35,325 bases of DNA, from the IMG/VR virus record IMGVR_UViG_2671180296_000012; one strand, written 5' to 3'. The translations under genes were made by a program, and so were the position numbers. This DNA comes from a virus. Taxonomy: Duplodnaviria > Heunggongvirae > Uroviricota > Caudoviricetes. The notes beneath the pieces are model-generated. The model was not told the DNA's origin. It ran no database searches and was given only the letters and a program-made list of their open reading frames with translations. Positions within the stretch are counted from its first letter, which is position 1, and each line of letters starts with the position of its first letter. Shown here piece by piece: positions 26,348-34,776 of the stretch.

Positions 26348-29191
26348 TCAATCTTTATCGTAAAAACTGCCACGTCCGGCACGGTCGCGTCGTTCCAATT
26401 CTGCCCTGACCATTTCACCGACCAGTTTCGCCAGTTCGCGGGGATTCTGCGTAACAACGTTATGCAGATGAACATGAATTTCACCGCCAAATCCGGAGAC
26501 AGCAGGCTCCCGATTACGGGAAGCTGCAGGAACTGATGCCACTGGCGATCGTATGGCCTCCGCCACCGGGCGGGAGCTGGCCGCAACAACAGGGACCAGC
26601 GCCGGAGGCAGAGGAGTCGGGACCACGGGTGTGATGTTGATTGCGGAAGCAGGCTTACTGACCTGCGCAATCTTCCGCTCCTGCCACTCCCCACGAACAG
26701 CAAGTGCGCGGGGCAGGTTCTTAAAGACAATATCGCCGGGGCCAATGCGTTTTTTCGTCTCATCAACCAGCTTACCTGTGTTATCAGCAATTTTGCTGAG
26801 TCTGCGTAGCGTACCGGTATTGCTGTCTGTGAGCGGTTTGTTGTCTTTGGGTTTATCACCTCCGGTGCCATTGCCATTTTCCACAGGCTTCGGCGGATTG
26901 ATTTTCGCAAGGTCCCCCTGAAGCAAGGCAACCTTGTCCTGAAGAATGGCCGCACGCTGTGCGTCTTCGATTTTCTTTCTCGCCCTTTCCGCTTCATCCG
27001 GAAGAACACCGAGTTTTTCAAGTATCCACGCCAGCGTATCCAGCAACATTTTTGCAGGCGTCAGAACAAGCTGTAACGCGCCACCAAGAACGTTACCGAA
27101 TATCTCGCCAGCACTGGTACATTTATCCAGCGTTTCCTTGCTGGACTCCATCGGTGACAGCAGCGATTTAAACCAGTTAAACACCTGGCTGATCCCGCTT
27201 CCGATTGCGTCAAAAACAGGACCAAACTGTTCAAAGGTTTCGCGCAACGGGATCAGCCTTTCCATAATCCCGCTGAACACCCCGGCAAAAAATGCCCTGA
27301 TGGGATCCCAGTATTTCCAGATAAGAACGGCAGCTCCGGCAAGCGCAGCCACGATAAGACCAACCGGACTGAACAGCGCCCCGATAGCGCCTCCCAGCAA
27401 AGAAACGGAACCCGTCACCATTCCCCATAGTGCTGGCAGGACCCTGACAGCATTCATTGATCCGGTCAGGAGAGAAAAACCAAGACGCAGTTTTGCCAGC
27501 GGGCCAGCAAGCACACCAATAGCCAGCGACAACGAGCCAACCGTTGCAGTCATTGCCAGCAACGCACCGCCTGCTATCAGTAGCTGGCGCGTCAGTGTCG
27601 GATGGGCCTGCGCCAGCGCCGTCACCCTTGATACCACCCGTGTGAGCCACTGCGTGACAGAACGCAGCGGACCGTCAATCAGATCTGCAATGCGGATGCG
27701 CAACCCTTCCCATGCACTGCCGAGTGATTTCAGATCGCCGTCAAGGTTGTTGGCCATAACCTTTGCTGTGCGTTCAGCCTCACCGCGTGCGCCTTCAAGT
27801 TCTTTTCTCAGTTTGGGTAAGGAACCGTCACCTGCCGCATCAACGAGGGCCATAAACGATGTGAAAGCCTCTTCCCCGGCGATGTCCTTAAAGAAGGATA
27901 CCCGGTCAACTTCCCCGTATTTGCGGGTGGCTTTATAAAGGTCGGCCAGCACATCCTCCATCGGGCGCATTTTGCCGTTCGCGTCAGAAACTGCCACACC
28001 AAGCTCTTTCAGCGCCTCTGCCGCCGCCTTTGGCGGTGATGCCAGACGAGCCAGGCTGGCACGCATTGCCGTCCCGGCATCACTCCCTCTGATGCCCATA
28101 TTCGCCAGCACGCCAGCCATCGCTGCGGCCTGCTCCAGCGATATTCCCAGCTTACCCGCCACCGGACCTGCATATTTCATGGTTTCGCCCAGTGCGCGAA
28201 GGTCAGTGTTGGTACGGGTAAACGCTGCGGTGAGTGTGTCACCGACCCGGTCCATCTGGTCAGCAGAAAGGCCGAACTGCGTCAGGATATTTGAGCCAAT
28301 ATCTGCCGTCTCGCCGAGATCCATACCGCCAGCCGTTGCCATGCTCAGCACGCCGGGAAGCGCAGCCTGAATGGCCTGTGGAGTGAAGCCAGCCATTGCA
28401 AGAAATGCCTGTCCACTGGCGGCATCGCCTGCGGTGAACTGCGTTTCAGAGCCAAGTTTTAACGCCTGCTCACGCAGCGCCTTAAACTGCGGGCTGTTCT
28501 GGTCGATTCGCGTCAGTGCCTGAACGCGGGACATCTCTTTCCCGAACCCGATCGCAGGCTGCAAAAAACGCCCGGTAGCATAGCCGCCAGCCGCTGCCGC
28601 ACCAATTGCCAGCGCACCACCTGTTTTCAGTTTTCCCGCGGTTTCCTGCGCGCGCGAATACCGCTCACGCGCCCGCGTTACACGCGCAAGCGCCTGCCGT
28701 TCGCGTTCAAGCTGGTTGTTGTACTGTTCGGTGCGTCTGATGGCCTGCTGGATGGTGTTATCGCTGCCTGTCAGGGAAATGCCGTGGCGTTTCAGCTCTC
28801 CGCCAAGTTCCCGCATTTTCTGAATTTCCCGTGTGCGCGATTCATTCAGGCGTTCAAGCCGGGTGCTTAACTGCTGCATCAGCTTTTGTTGTTTTTCGCT
28901 GAGCACTGTACCCGTGCGTTGTAACTGATTAAGGGCGTTAAGCTGGCGTCGTGCTTTCAATATGCCAGCATCCGCTTTACTGACAGCGTCACGGGCGCGC
29001 TCAAATGAACGCGCCTGACGCTCGAGATTTTTGATCGCCCCCTGAGTTCGCTGGATGGAGTCACCAAACTGCCCCATCAGGCGGCGGGCGTTTTCGGCAG
29101 GCCGGGTCAGCCTGTCAACGGCGCTGAAAGCGACCCGGATATCAAGAGTCTTCATTGTCTGCATTCCCGCTGCGAAGTGCCGCCCGCTCAC
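26348..29191 (-). CDS. T: tail tape measure protein gpT
   Basis: 947 aa; long coiled-coil N-terminal region, Ala/Gly-rich hydrophobic middle, position between E' and U. Confidence 0.9.
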   Translation of the reverse strand: MSGRHFAAGMQTMKTLDIRVAFSAVDRLTRPAENARRLMGQFGDSIQRTQGAIKNLERQARSFERARDAVSKADAGILKARRQLNALNQLQRTGTVLSEKQQKLMQQLSTRLERLNESRTREIQKMRELGGELKRHGISLTGSDNTIQQAIRRTEQYNNQLERERQALARVTRARERYSRAQETAGKLKTGGALAIGAAAAGGYATGRFLQPAIGFGKEMSRVQALTRIDQNSPQFKALREQALKLGSETQFTAGDAASGQAFLAMAGFTPQAIQAALPGVLSMATAGGMDLGETADIGSNILTQFGLSADQMDRVGDTLTAAFTRTNTDLRALGETMKYAGPVAGKLGISLEQAAAMAGVLANMGIRGSDAGTAMRASLARLASPPKAAAEALKELGVAVSDANGKMRPMEDVLADLYKATRKYGEVDRVSFFKDIAGEEAFTSFMALVDAAGDGSLPKLRKELEGARGEAERTAKVMANNLDGDLKSLGSAWEGLRIRIADLIDGPLRSVTQWLTRVVSRVTALAQAHPTLTRQLLIAGGALLAMTATVGSLSLAIGVLAGPLAKLRLGFSLLTGSMNAVRVLPALWGMVTGSVSLLGGAIGALFSPVGLIVAALAGAAVLIWKYWDPIRAFFAGVFSGIMERLIPLRETFEQFGPVFDAIGSGISQVFNWFKSLLSPMESSKETLDKCTSAGEIFGNVLGGALQLVLTPAKMLLDTLAWILEKLGVLPDEAERARKKIEDAQRAAILQDKVALLQGDLAKINPPKPVENGNGTGGDKPKDNKPLTDSNTGTLRRLSKIADNTGKLVDETKKRIGPGDIVFKNLPRALAVRGEWQERKIAQVSKPASAINITPVVPTPLPPALVPVVAASSRPVAEAIRSPVASVPAASRNREPAVSGFGGEIHVHLHNVVTQNPRELAKLVGEMVRAELERRDRAGRGSFYDKD

Positions 29192-29378
29192 GCCAGCTAA
29201 CCACTTCGCCGGGCGTCATCATGAAGATTTCGGCGGGCGACCAGTTAAAAATGGCGGCAATATCCGCCACAAAGTCTTCTATGTGCTCAAAGCACACAAC
29301 CGTGATCAGGCTTCCGTCGCCTGTTCGTTCTTCCCGCCAGAGTCCGCACCGCTCAAAAAATTTACGGCAACCACACAT
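29142..29378 (-). CDS. E' extension, expected to be made as an E+E' fusion by programmed -1 frameshift at TTTTTTG (plus-strand 29354-29360)
   Basis: Slippery heptamer near the 3' end of gene E; the -1 frame continues as FFERCGLWREER...VCFEHIEDFVADIAAIF for 78 codons, overlapping the start of T. Confidence 0.6.
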   Translation of the reverse strand: MCGCRKFFERCGLWREERTGDGSLITVVCFEHIEDFVADIAAIFNWSPAEIFMMTPGEVVSWRERAALRSGNADNEDS

Positions 29379-29671
29379 AACTGAATAAAGTCACGGGATG
29401 CCATTTTTTTGATCGTCACTTCATCCAGTCGCGGTGATGTCACGCGTGACAGCAGCGTAAACATGGATTCCGCTTTCAGATTCAGCACATCAGACAGCGA
29501 CAAATCTCGCAGAGATCCAGCCTGCTCAATAGCCCCGGTGATCTCCACATACGTGATTTTTTCGCTGCCTCGCTCAATTGGTTGGGTAAGTTTTACGCCA
29601 CGCTCACTGGTTTCTTTCACAGTGTCAGCAACTACCGTGTTTTCGGTATCGATGTTTTTCGTCTCTTTCAT
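29306..29671 (-). CDS. E: tail assembly chaperone gpE
   Basis: 121-aa ORF between FII and T containing the slippery site. Confidence 0.8.
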   Translation of the reverse strand: MKETKNIDTENTVVADTVKETSERGVKLTQPIERGSEKITYVEITGAIEQAGSLRDLSLSDVLNLKAESMFTLLSRVTSPRLDEVTIKKMASRDFIQLCVVAVNFLSGADSGGKNEQATEA

Positions 29672-29725
29672 CAGGAAACTCCTTTCAGTCAGAGGCGACG
29701 CACTGCGCCGCCTGCATATTACTTA

Positions 29726-30238
29726 TCAGCCAAGCCCGAGCGCGGAACGGATGCGATCGGGCACAATGTCCTTGCCGTCCTTCCGGTAAATGAAGTTCAG
29801 CAGGTCAATCTCCCACAACGGGCGATCGTTAACACTCAGCTTGTAGTAGGTGTTTTTAATGGCGTAAGTGTGTGATGTGGCTTCGCCCTGTTTGGCTTCC
29901 CCCATATCAATTTCCGTCACACGTCCGCGCATTTCGACTTCATACAGGTCGCTTTCTGCATCGGTGTAGTATTCACCCGCAAAACGCAGCAGCGTGCCGT
30001 CAATCGTGCCGCCATACTTAAGGAACAGCTCACGAACTGCGCCCCCCATGACAAAGCTCGCATCAAGCGCGGAGTCATCCAGACCGAGATCAATACTTAC
30101 CGCTCCCATCATGCCACCACCCCGGTAGCTGTCGGTTTTGCGCGTCAGCTTAGGCAAAGTGACGGACGTCACCTTACCCACTTCGTTTTCACCATCCACA
30201 AACAGCGTAAAAAAGCGAAGATGTTTTGGCACAGCCAT
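29726..30238 (-). CDS. FII: tail tube protein gpFII
   Basis: 170 aa; VTLPKLTRK, DLGLDD, LRFAG resemble P2 FII. Confidence 0.9.
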   Translation of the reverse strand: MAVPKHLRFFTLFVDGENEVGKVTSVTLPKLTRKTDSYRGGGMMGAVSIDLGLDDSALDASFVMGGAVRELFLKYGGTIDGTLLRFAGEYYTDAESDLYEVEMRGRVTEIDMGEAKQGEATSHTYAIKNTYYKLSVNDRPLWEIDLLNFIYRKDGKDIVPDRIRSALGLG

Positions 30239-31422
30239 CAGGCACCTCCCAGCACCGCAAATGCGGGTTCAAAGTATTCATCAGTAAACGTCTGGTAAAG
30301 CTCCATGTCTTCCAGTGGCGGAACGGGCGTATATTTGTAGCGAATACGCACACGCCCCTGACGTAAATCCGTGGTGCTGTTATCCACCACGTCATACCAG
30401 CACTCCGCGCCAATCAGTTTCCCGGCAGTCACCAGTGAATCCAGTTTTGCCCTGATGGCACTGATAACATCCTTCACGTTCGCAGGCGTCAGTGGACTGT
30501 CGATGGTTTCAAACTGCGCTTCCGCAATTGAATCAGCCAGCACCTGTGCGGTTCGGGTATACACCTCAAAAATGTAGGCGTTCGTTTCCGGTGTGCGGTT
30601 GCCCCAGAAGCGGAACCCGTTGCGACGAATAATGGTCGTGATTTCTTTGTTGTTGAGGCTGTTGGCATCGCTGTCTTCGGCCTGCAACGACCAGAACACA
30701 TGCCTCGACATCCCCAGCACATTTTTAACCGGAACGTTGGACAGCGATTTGTGCCAGCCCTGCTCATGGTCAATGTACGCACGAAGGCCGCACGCATAGG
30801 CAGGCGCGGGGAACGTTTCGTTTTCGCCACTTTTCGGGTTGTAGGCGATGAAGTCCGGCCATAAGAGCATCACTTCACGTTCGTTGAATTTCTGGCGGTA
30901 GGTAATCGCTTCAGCCATCGTGTTACAGCCGTGACATGAGGCATACACAAATGCGCGCAGTTTACCCGCAATCACGCACAGGGATTTTGTCACCGCCTCC
31001 GTGTCCAGCTCCGGCGCGGCCAGAATACGCGGACGGTATCCGATGCTTTCATCCTGCTCTGCAACAAGCAGCGCATACATCCCCGTATAGCTGCCGTCAT
31101 CCTCAGAACCACCGATAACCAGTTGATCCTGCGTCTTTTCGTCTTCTTCTTTGTGTTCAGCCACGCGAACGACGATCACCTTTGTGCTCACCTGGTCTGC
31201 GATGGCCTTAAGCGCACGATAAAGCGTCCCCGTTGTTCCGCATTTTCCCAGCACGTCATTGACGCGGGTCAGCAGTGTGGGCTTGTTCAGCGGGAACAGC
31301 TTCGCGTCCGCATCATCCGCCGTTGCCACGATACCGATAACGCTGGAATCAACATCGTTAATCGCTGTTACCAGGTCGGTATTTTCCGTAACACGGGTAC
31401 CATGAAAACGAGTTTCACTCAT
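30238..31422 (-). CDS. FI: tail sheath protein gpFI
   Basis: 394 aa; start overlaps the FII region as in P2; size and position fit the tail sheath. Confidence 0.9.
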   Translation of the reverse strand: MSETRFHGTRVTENTDLVTAINDVDSSVIGIVATADDADAKLFPLNKPTLLTRVNDVLGKCGTTGTLYRALKAIADQVSTKVIVVRVAEHKEEDEKTQDQLVIGGSEDDGSYTGMYALLVAEQDESIGYRPRILAAPELDTEAVTKSLCVIAGKLRAFVYASCHGCNTMAEAITYRQKFNEREVMLLWPDFIAYNPKSGENETFPAPAYACGLRAYIDHEQGWHKSLSNVPVKNVLGMSRHVFWSLQAEDSDANSLNNKEITTIIRRNGFRFWGNRTPETNAYIFEVYTRTAQVLADSIAEAQFETIDSPLTPANVKDVISAIRAKLDSLVTAGKLIGAECWYDVVDNSTTDLRQGRVRIRYKYTPVPPLEDMELYQTFTDEYFEPAFAVLGGA

Positions 31423-31579
31423 AGCTTCAGCCCCTTGTATCCGTTAAATGATTCGGCAACAATCATCACCCACCACGCGCGTAATCTCACCCCTGCGCCG
31501 TTCTCCCGCCACGGCGACAACAAAAAGCAGTAACCCCCTCCGCACGCACATGCGACCATGCCACACAGGGAGGGAGCAG

Positions 31580-32680
31580 ATGACCGACACCACCATGCAA
31601 TTGCTCAGTCAGGACACAGACCCCGTGAAAATGCCGGATTTTGATATTCTCGCCGAGGGTAAAACGCTGTCCGGCGTGGCAGAACGCCTGATGAGCCTGT
31701 CACTGACCGACAACCGGGGATTTGAGGCGGACCAGCTCACCATCACGCTGGATGATGCCGATGGCCAGTTGCAGCTACCGCCACGGGGCGCGCGTCTGAC
31801 GGTTCTCATTGGCTGGAAAGGGGAACCGCTGACAGAAAAAGGCACTTACATTGTTGATGAAATCGCTCACGAAGGACCGCCGGACAGGCTGACTGTTTCA
31901 GCCAGAAGCGCAGATTTTCGGGATGAATTTAACGTTAAACGTGAGGTGTCCTGGCATGATGTGACCGTTGAGCGAGTGGTATCCGCCATCGCTCATCGGT
32001 ACGGTCTGAAACCACAAATCAGCGAAATGCTGATGGATATCGAAATCGACCACGCCGACCAGACCGAAGAAAGCGACATGTCCTTCCTTACGCGCATGGC
32101 GGAAATGCTGGGCGCAATCACCACGGTAAAAAGCGGCAATCTGTTATTCATTATGCCAGGCGGTGGCGTAAACGCGCAGGGGCAGCCGTTGCCATCGTTC
32201 GCCATCACACGCAGCAGCGGCGATCGCCATCAGTTCCGCATTGCTGACCGCGAGGCGTATACGGGGGTACGCGCCTACTGGCTTGATCTTAATTACGGGA
32301 AAAAGAAAAAAGTCAGCGTGAAACGCCGCAAACCGAAAAAGGAGAAAAGCAGCAGCCGTGAAGGTGACTATATGGAAGGTGCGGAAGGCAACGTGTTTGT
32401 GTTACGCAAGACTTATCAGAACGAGCAGGCAGCAAGACGTGCAGCGGCGGCAAAGTGGCAGCAGCTACAACGCGGAGCCGCATCATTCTCCATCACACTG
32501 GCGCGTGGATGCGCAGAACTCTATCCCGAAATGCATGGCACGGTGACAGGCTTCAAAAGTGACATCGATAATCAGGACTGGATTATTGCAAAAGCCGAGC
32601 ACACCATTGATAACAGCGGCTTTACCACGCAGCTTGAGCTTGAAGCAAAAATCCCGGAATGGATAGCAGAAACAGAGTAA
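31580..32680 (+). CDS. D: tail protein / late control protein gpD
   Basis: ATG at 31580 with AGGGAGGGAG upstream (track ORF starts at 31448); LTDNRGFEADQL, SARSADFR, SWHD, ITRSSGDRHQFRIADREAYTGV, GFKSDID, GFTTQLELE resemble P2 gpD. Confidence 0.85.
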   Translation: MTDTTMQLLSQDTDPVKMPDFDILAEGKTLSGVAERLMSLSLTDNRGFEADQLTITLDDADGQLQLPPRGARLTVLIGWKGEPLTEKGTYIVDEIAHEGPPDRLTVSARSADFRDEFNVKREVSWHDVTVERVVSAIAHRYGLKPQISEMLMDIEIDHADQTEESDMSFLTRMAEMLGAITTVKSGNLLFIMPGGGVNAQGQPLPSFAITRSSGDRHQFRIADREAYTGVRAYWLDLNYGKKKKVSVKRRKPKKEKSSSREGDYMEGAEGNVFVLRKTYQNEQAARRAAAAKWQQLQRGAASFSITLARGCAELYPEMHGTVTGFKSDIDNQDWIIAKAEHTIDNSGFTTQLELEAKIPEWIAETE

Positions 32681-32722
32681 GCAACTTAGAATAGCGGCAG
32701 CACCACGTTAAGGGAGGTCGCT

Positions 32723-32983
32723 ATGTTCCGTTGTCCGCTTTGTGGCGCATCTGCCCGTATCCGCACCAGTCGTCCGGAAAATGATTCAAACACCGTGCGG
32801 CAAAAGTATTACCAGTGTAACAACCTGGAATGCGGCGTATGCTTCTCAACACTGGAAGCTTTCCATAAATTCACATCGAAACACGCCTCCGGCGTTCACT
32901 CTTCAGAAGGTATCCCGTGGCATGAGCTGCCAGCTTCGCACAGGGGAAACAATCAGATGAGCTTGCCTTTACCTCAGAATTAA
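32723..32983 (+). CDS. ogr: Ogr/Delta-family zinc-finger late transcription activator
   Basis: 86 aa; N-terminal MFRCPLCG...ARIRTSR...YYQCNNLEC Cys4 pattern as in P2 Ogr; last gene before the element end. Confidence 0.75.
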   Translation: MFRCPLCGASARIRTSRPENDSNTVRQKYYQCNNLECGVCFSTLEAFHKFTSKHASGVHSSEGIPWHELPASHRGNNQMSLPLPQN

Positions 32984-33084
32984 CAGGCAGAATTGCCGGA
33001 GTAACAAAAAAGCGATAGATTACGCGCGGGTGCCTTTCGGCTGATGGTCGGAGGGAATACCCGAAGGCCGGATGTGGAAAGGCC

Positions 33085-33120
33085 CCGGAAAACATTTCTG
33101 TTTAACCGAGGCCCTAACCC
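33085..33120. repeat. imperfect direct repeat, copy 1 (core GTTTAACCGAGGCCCTA); candidate att-type junction
   Basis: 27 of 36 positions identical to 34079-34114, with a 17-bp core differing at one position; lies about 100 bp past ogr. Confidence 0.45.
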
Positions 33121-33172
33121 GTCAACCTAGCAAGTGATAGGTTAGCGCCTCTCCAACAAAGGAGCAAGCGCT

Positions 33173-33313
33173 ATGTCGCAAAAATCGCTTACGGCCATCA
33201 CGTTCTGCGTGACGGTAATCCTCATCATCTGGATGCTGCACGGTTCGCTGTGTGAAATACGGATGAGCTTCTGGGGAGCGGAGTTTGCGGCGTTCTTACA
33301 GTGTAAGCAGTAA
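33173..33313 (+). CDS. Hok/Gef-family type I toxin (small membrane peptide)
   Basis: 46-aa ORF below the track cut-off; AAAGGAG 8 nt upstream; MSQKSLTAITFCVTVILIIWMLHGSLCEIRMSFWGAEFAAFLQCKQ has a TM segment followed by SLCEIR and EFAAF, the Hok signature; followed by stem-loops and a terminator. Confidence 0.65.
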   Translation: MSQKSLTAITFCVTVILIIWMLHGSLCEIRMSFWGAEFAAFLQCKQ

Positions 33314-33401
33314 GGAAACCGCGACGGGGAGGCAACTCCCCGTCAATCGGTTGCTAGGGTAAGGCCGATAAGGCACCCTATCTCATAGGCATGAATAACA
33401 A

Positions 33402-33434
33402 CCCCGCAGCGTAAAAACTGCGGGGTTTCTTTTT
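33402..33434 (+). terminator. rho-independent terminator (CCCCGCAG-cgtaaaaa-CTGCGGGG plus T-run) downstream of the hok-like ORF
   Basis: Perfect 8-bp GC-rich stem followed by TTTCTTTTT. Confidence 0.6.
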
Positions 33435-33502
33435 GGAACTCTCACTAGCTAGTGAGCCGTTAACTGCACATTATGCTCGCACAACAAATCAGTTAAAAGA
33501 GA

Positions 33503-33784
33503 TTACTCAGCATTCTCCTGCTTCCATTGCCGGATCATTTCATCGGTAACATCACTTTCATAACATACCACGTCATACCCTCCAGTACGGCTATATGCAC
33601 TGCGTCCACCACATCTACTACCATTCCTTGCATGATTATACGGACACGCACAATTGCCTGGATAAGATTCAATGGACTCTTTAATTATTTCTTTCTTGAT
33701 CTGAGCATCTGACTTTCCTGTTGCTGCATACCCACTAAAAGATACCAAACAAAGGCAGATTGCCATTAATAAACCACATCGCAT
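33503..33784 (-). CDS. small secreted Cys-rich protein in AT-rich DNA (start uncertain; track ORF extends to 33898)
   Basis: Internal Met gives MRCGLLMAICLCLVSFSGYAATGK..., a signal-peptide-like N-terminus, then a Cys-rich region (NCACPYNHARNGSRCGG); surrounding DNA is markedly AT-rich relative to the prophage. Confidence 0.4.
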   Translation of the reverse strand: MRCGLLMAICLCLVSFSGYAATGKSDAQIKKEIIKESIESYPGNCACPYNHARNGSRCGGRSAYSRTGGYDVVCYESDVTDEMIRQWKQENAE

Positions 33785-34078
33785 ACCGATACACTCTATT
33801 ACTAACCAATCATAGCCCACATCATAAAATCGAGATGAGGAGTACAACACCTTTAACAAGAAGGTGCCATCACGATAATATGCCGTGCAATTCATCAAAA
33901 AAAAGATCTATATCAAAGAGATAGAGTTATTATCAGTGCTGCAGACATCAGCATTCGAGGCAGCAGAAAGACAGTAAATCTAACGAATTTGTCTTTTTCT
34001 CAGGATGTTGTCAGATTAAAAAAGATAGAGTAGCGCAGACACCTTTTGGTGGATGGTAGGAGGAAAAATGAAGTTGAG

Positions 34079-34114
34079 TGGGAAGATCCCAGAAAAAACT
34101 TTGGTTTAACCAAG
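34079..34114. repeat. imperfect direct repeat, copy 2 (core GTTTAACCAAGGCCCTA)
   Basis: Matches 33085-33120; a 13-codon ORF with a perfect AGGAGG (34058-34099) ends inside this repeat. Confidence 0.45.
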
Positions 34115-34253
34115 GCCCTAGTTCAATATGCAAAATGCAGATGAGTTGCAGGGAGTTTTGCTTCACCCTTAGAGTTTAAACAGACGTGTACTATCATTAT
34201 TTCTGCATATCGCCACACCATCGCCACTTTACCGCCATTTAACAAAATACAAA

Positions 34254-34280
34254 TACAAAAAAACCACCCGAAGGTGGTTT
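34254..34280 (-). terminator. rho-independent terminator of the glyW-cysT-leuZ tRNA operon
   Basis: Hairpin AAACCACC-cgaa-GGTGGTTT with a 7-nt A-run upstream on the plus strand (T-run on the minus strand), about 45 bp downstream of tRNA-Leu. Confidence 0.6.
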
Positions 34281-34323
34281 CACGACACTGCTTATTGCTT
34301 TGATTTTATTCTTATCTTTCCCA

Positions 34324-34410
34324 TGGTACCCGGAGCGGGACTTGAACCCGCACAGCGCGAACGCCGAGGGATTTTAAATCCCTTGTGTCTACCGATTCCA
34401 CCATCCGGGC
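34324..34410 (-). tRNA. leuZ: tRNA-Leu (anticodon UAA)
   Basis: Reverse complement reads GCCCGGATGGTGGAATCGGTAGACACAAGGGATTTAAAATCCC...GGGTACCA; 87 nt with long variable arm and encoded CCA. Confidence 0.9.
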
Positions 34411-34422
34411 TCGGGAAGAAAG

Positions 34423-34496
34423 TGGAGGCGCGTTCCGGAGTCGAACCGGACTAGACGGATTTGCAATCCGCTACATAACCGCTTTGTTAACGCGCC
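34423..34496 (-). tRNA. cysT: tRNA-Cys (anticodon GCA)
   Basis: Reverse complement reads GGCGCGTTAACAAAGCGGTTATGTAGCGGATTGCAAATCCGTCTAGTCCGGTTCGACTCCGGAACGCGCCTCCA; 74 nt. Confidence 0.9.
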
Positions 34497-34549
34497 AAAT
34501 TCTTCAGGCCTTTCAGCCGGACATCCGCTGAAGCCGATGTCTTTTAAAC

Positions 34550-34625
<76 letters not shown>

Positions 34626-34776
34626 ATTCATCAAGCAATCAGTTAATCACTTGATTTTATTATCGTCTGGCAATCAGTGCCGCCGTTCGATGCGTTGCAT
34701 TCTACTTACCTGGCGCGATGAGTCAACGATATTTTTCACCACTTTTGATCGTTTGCTGAAAATTGCGCCGAAACGA

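Larger units (their letters stand above)
1..33120. mobile_element. P2-family temperate prophage (integrase to ogr); right boundary approximate, left boundary outside window
   Basis: Contiguous P2-like gene order read from translations: int, repressor, cox-like, A, Q, P, O, N, M, L, X, lysis, R, S, V, W, J, I, H, G, FI, FII, E/E', T, U, D, ogr. Integrase stop codon is at window position 1-3, so the left att site is not visible. Right end placed at a repeat about 100 bp past ogr. Confidence 0.85.

Noticed and set aside
26332-28370. Several long plus- and minus-strand ORFs (track entries 26332-27021, 26553-26921, 26946-27938, 27972-28370) inside the tape measure gene
   Set aside because: All overlap the 947-aa gpT frame; their translations are Ser/Pro/Ala/Arg-rich, as expected for off-frame readings of GC-rich DNA.
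25859-31448. 9-bp inverted repeat TCCGTTAAA at both ends of the inverted tail module as recombination scars
   Set aside because: One copy lies inside the gpU coding sequence and the other in the FI/D intergenic region, so they are not at equivalent positions; a 9-bp match across windows this size is plausible by chance.
34058-34099. 13-codon ORF with perfect AGGAGG as a real gene or leader peptide
   Set aside because: Too short to call; more likely the 5' stump of a gene interrupted at the adjacent direct repeat. Retained only as supporting context for the repeat finding.
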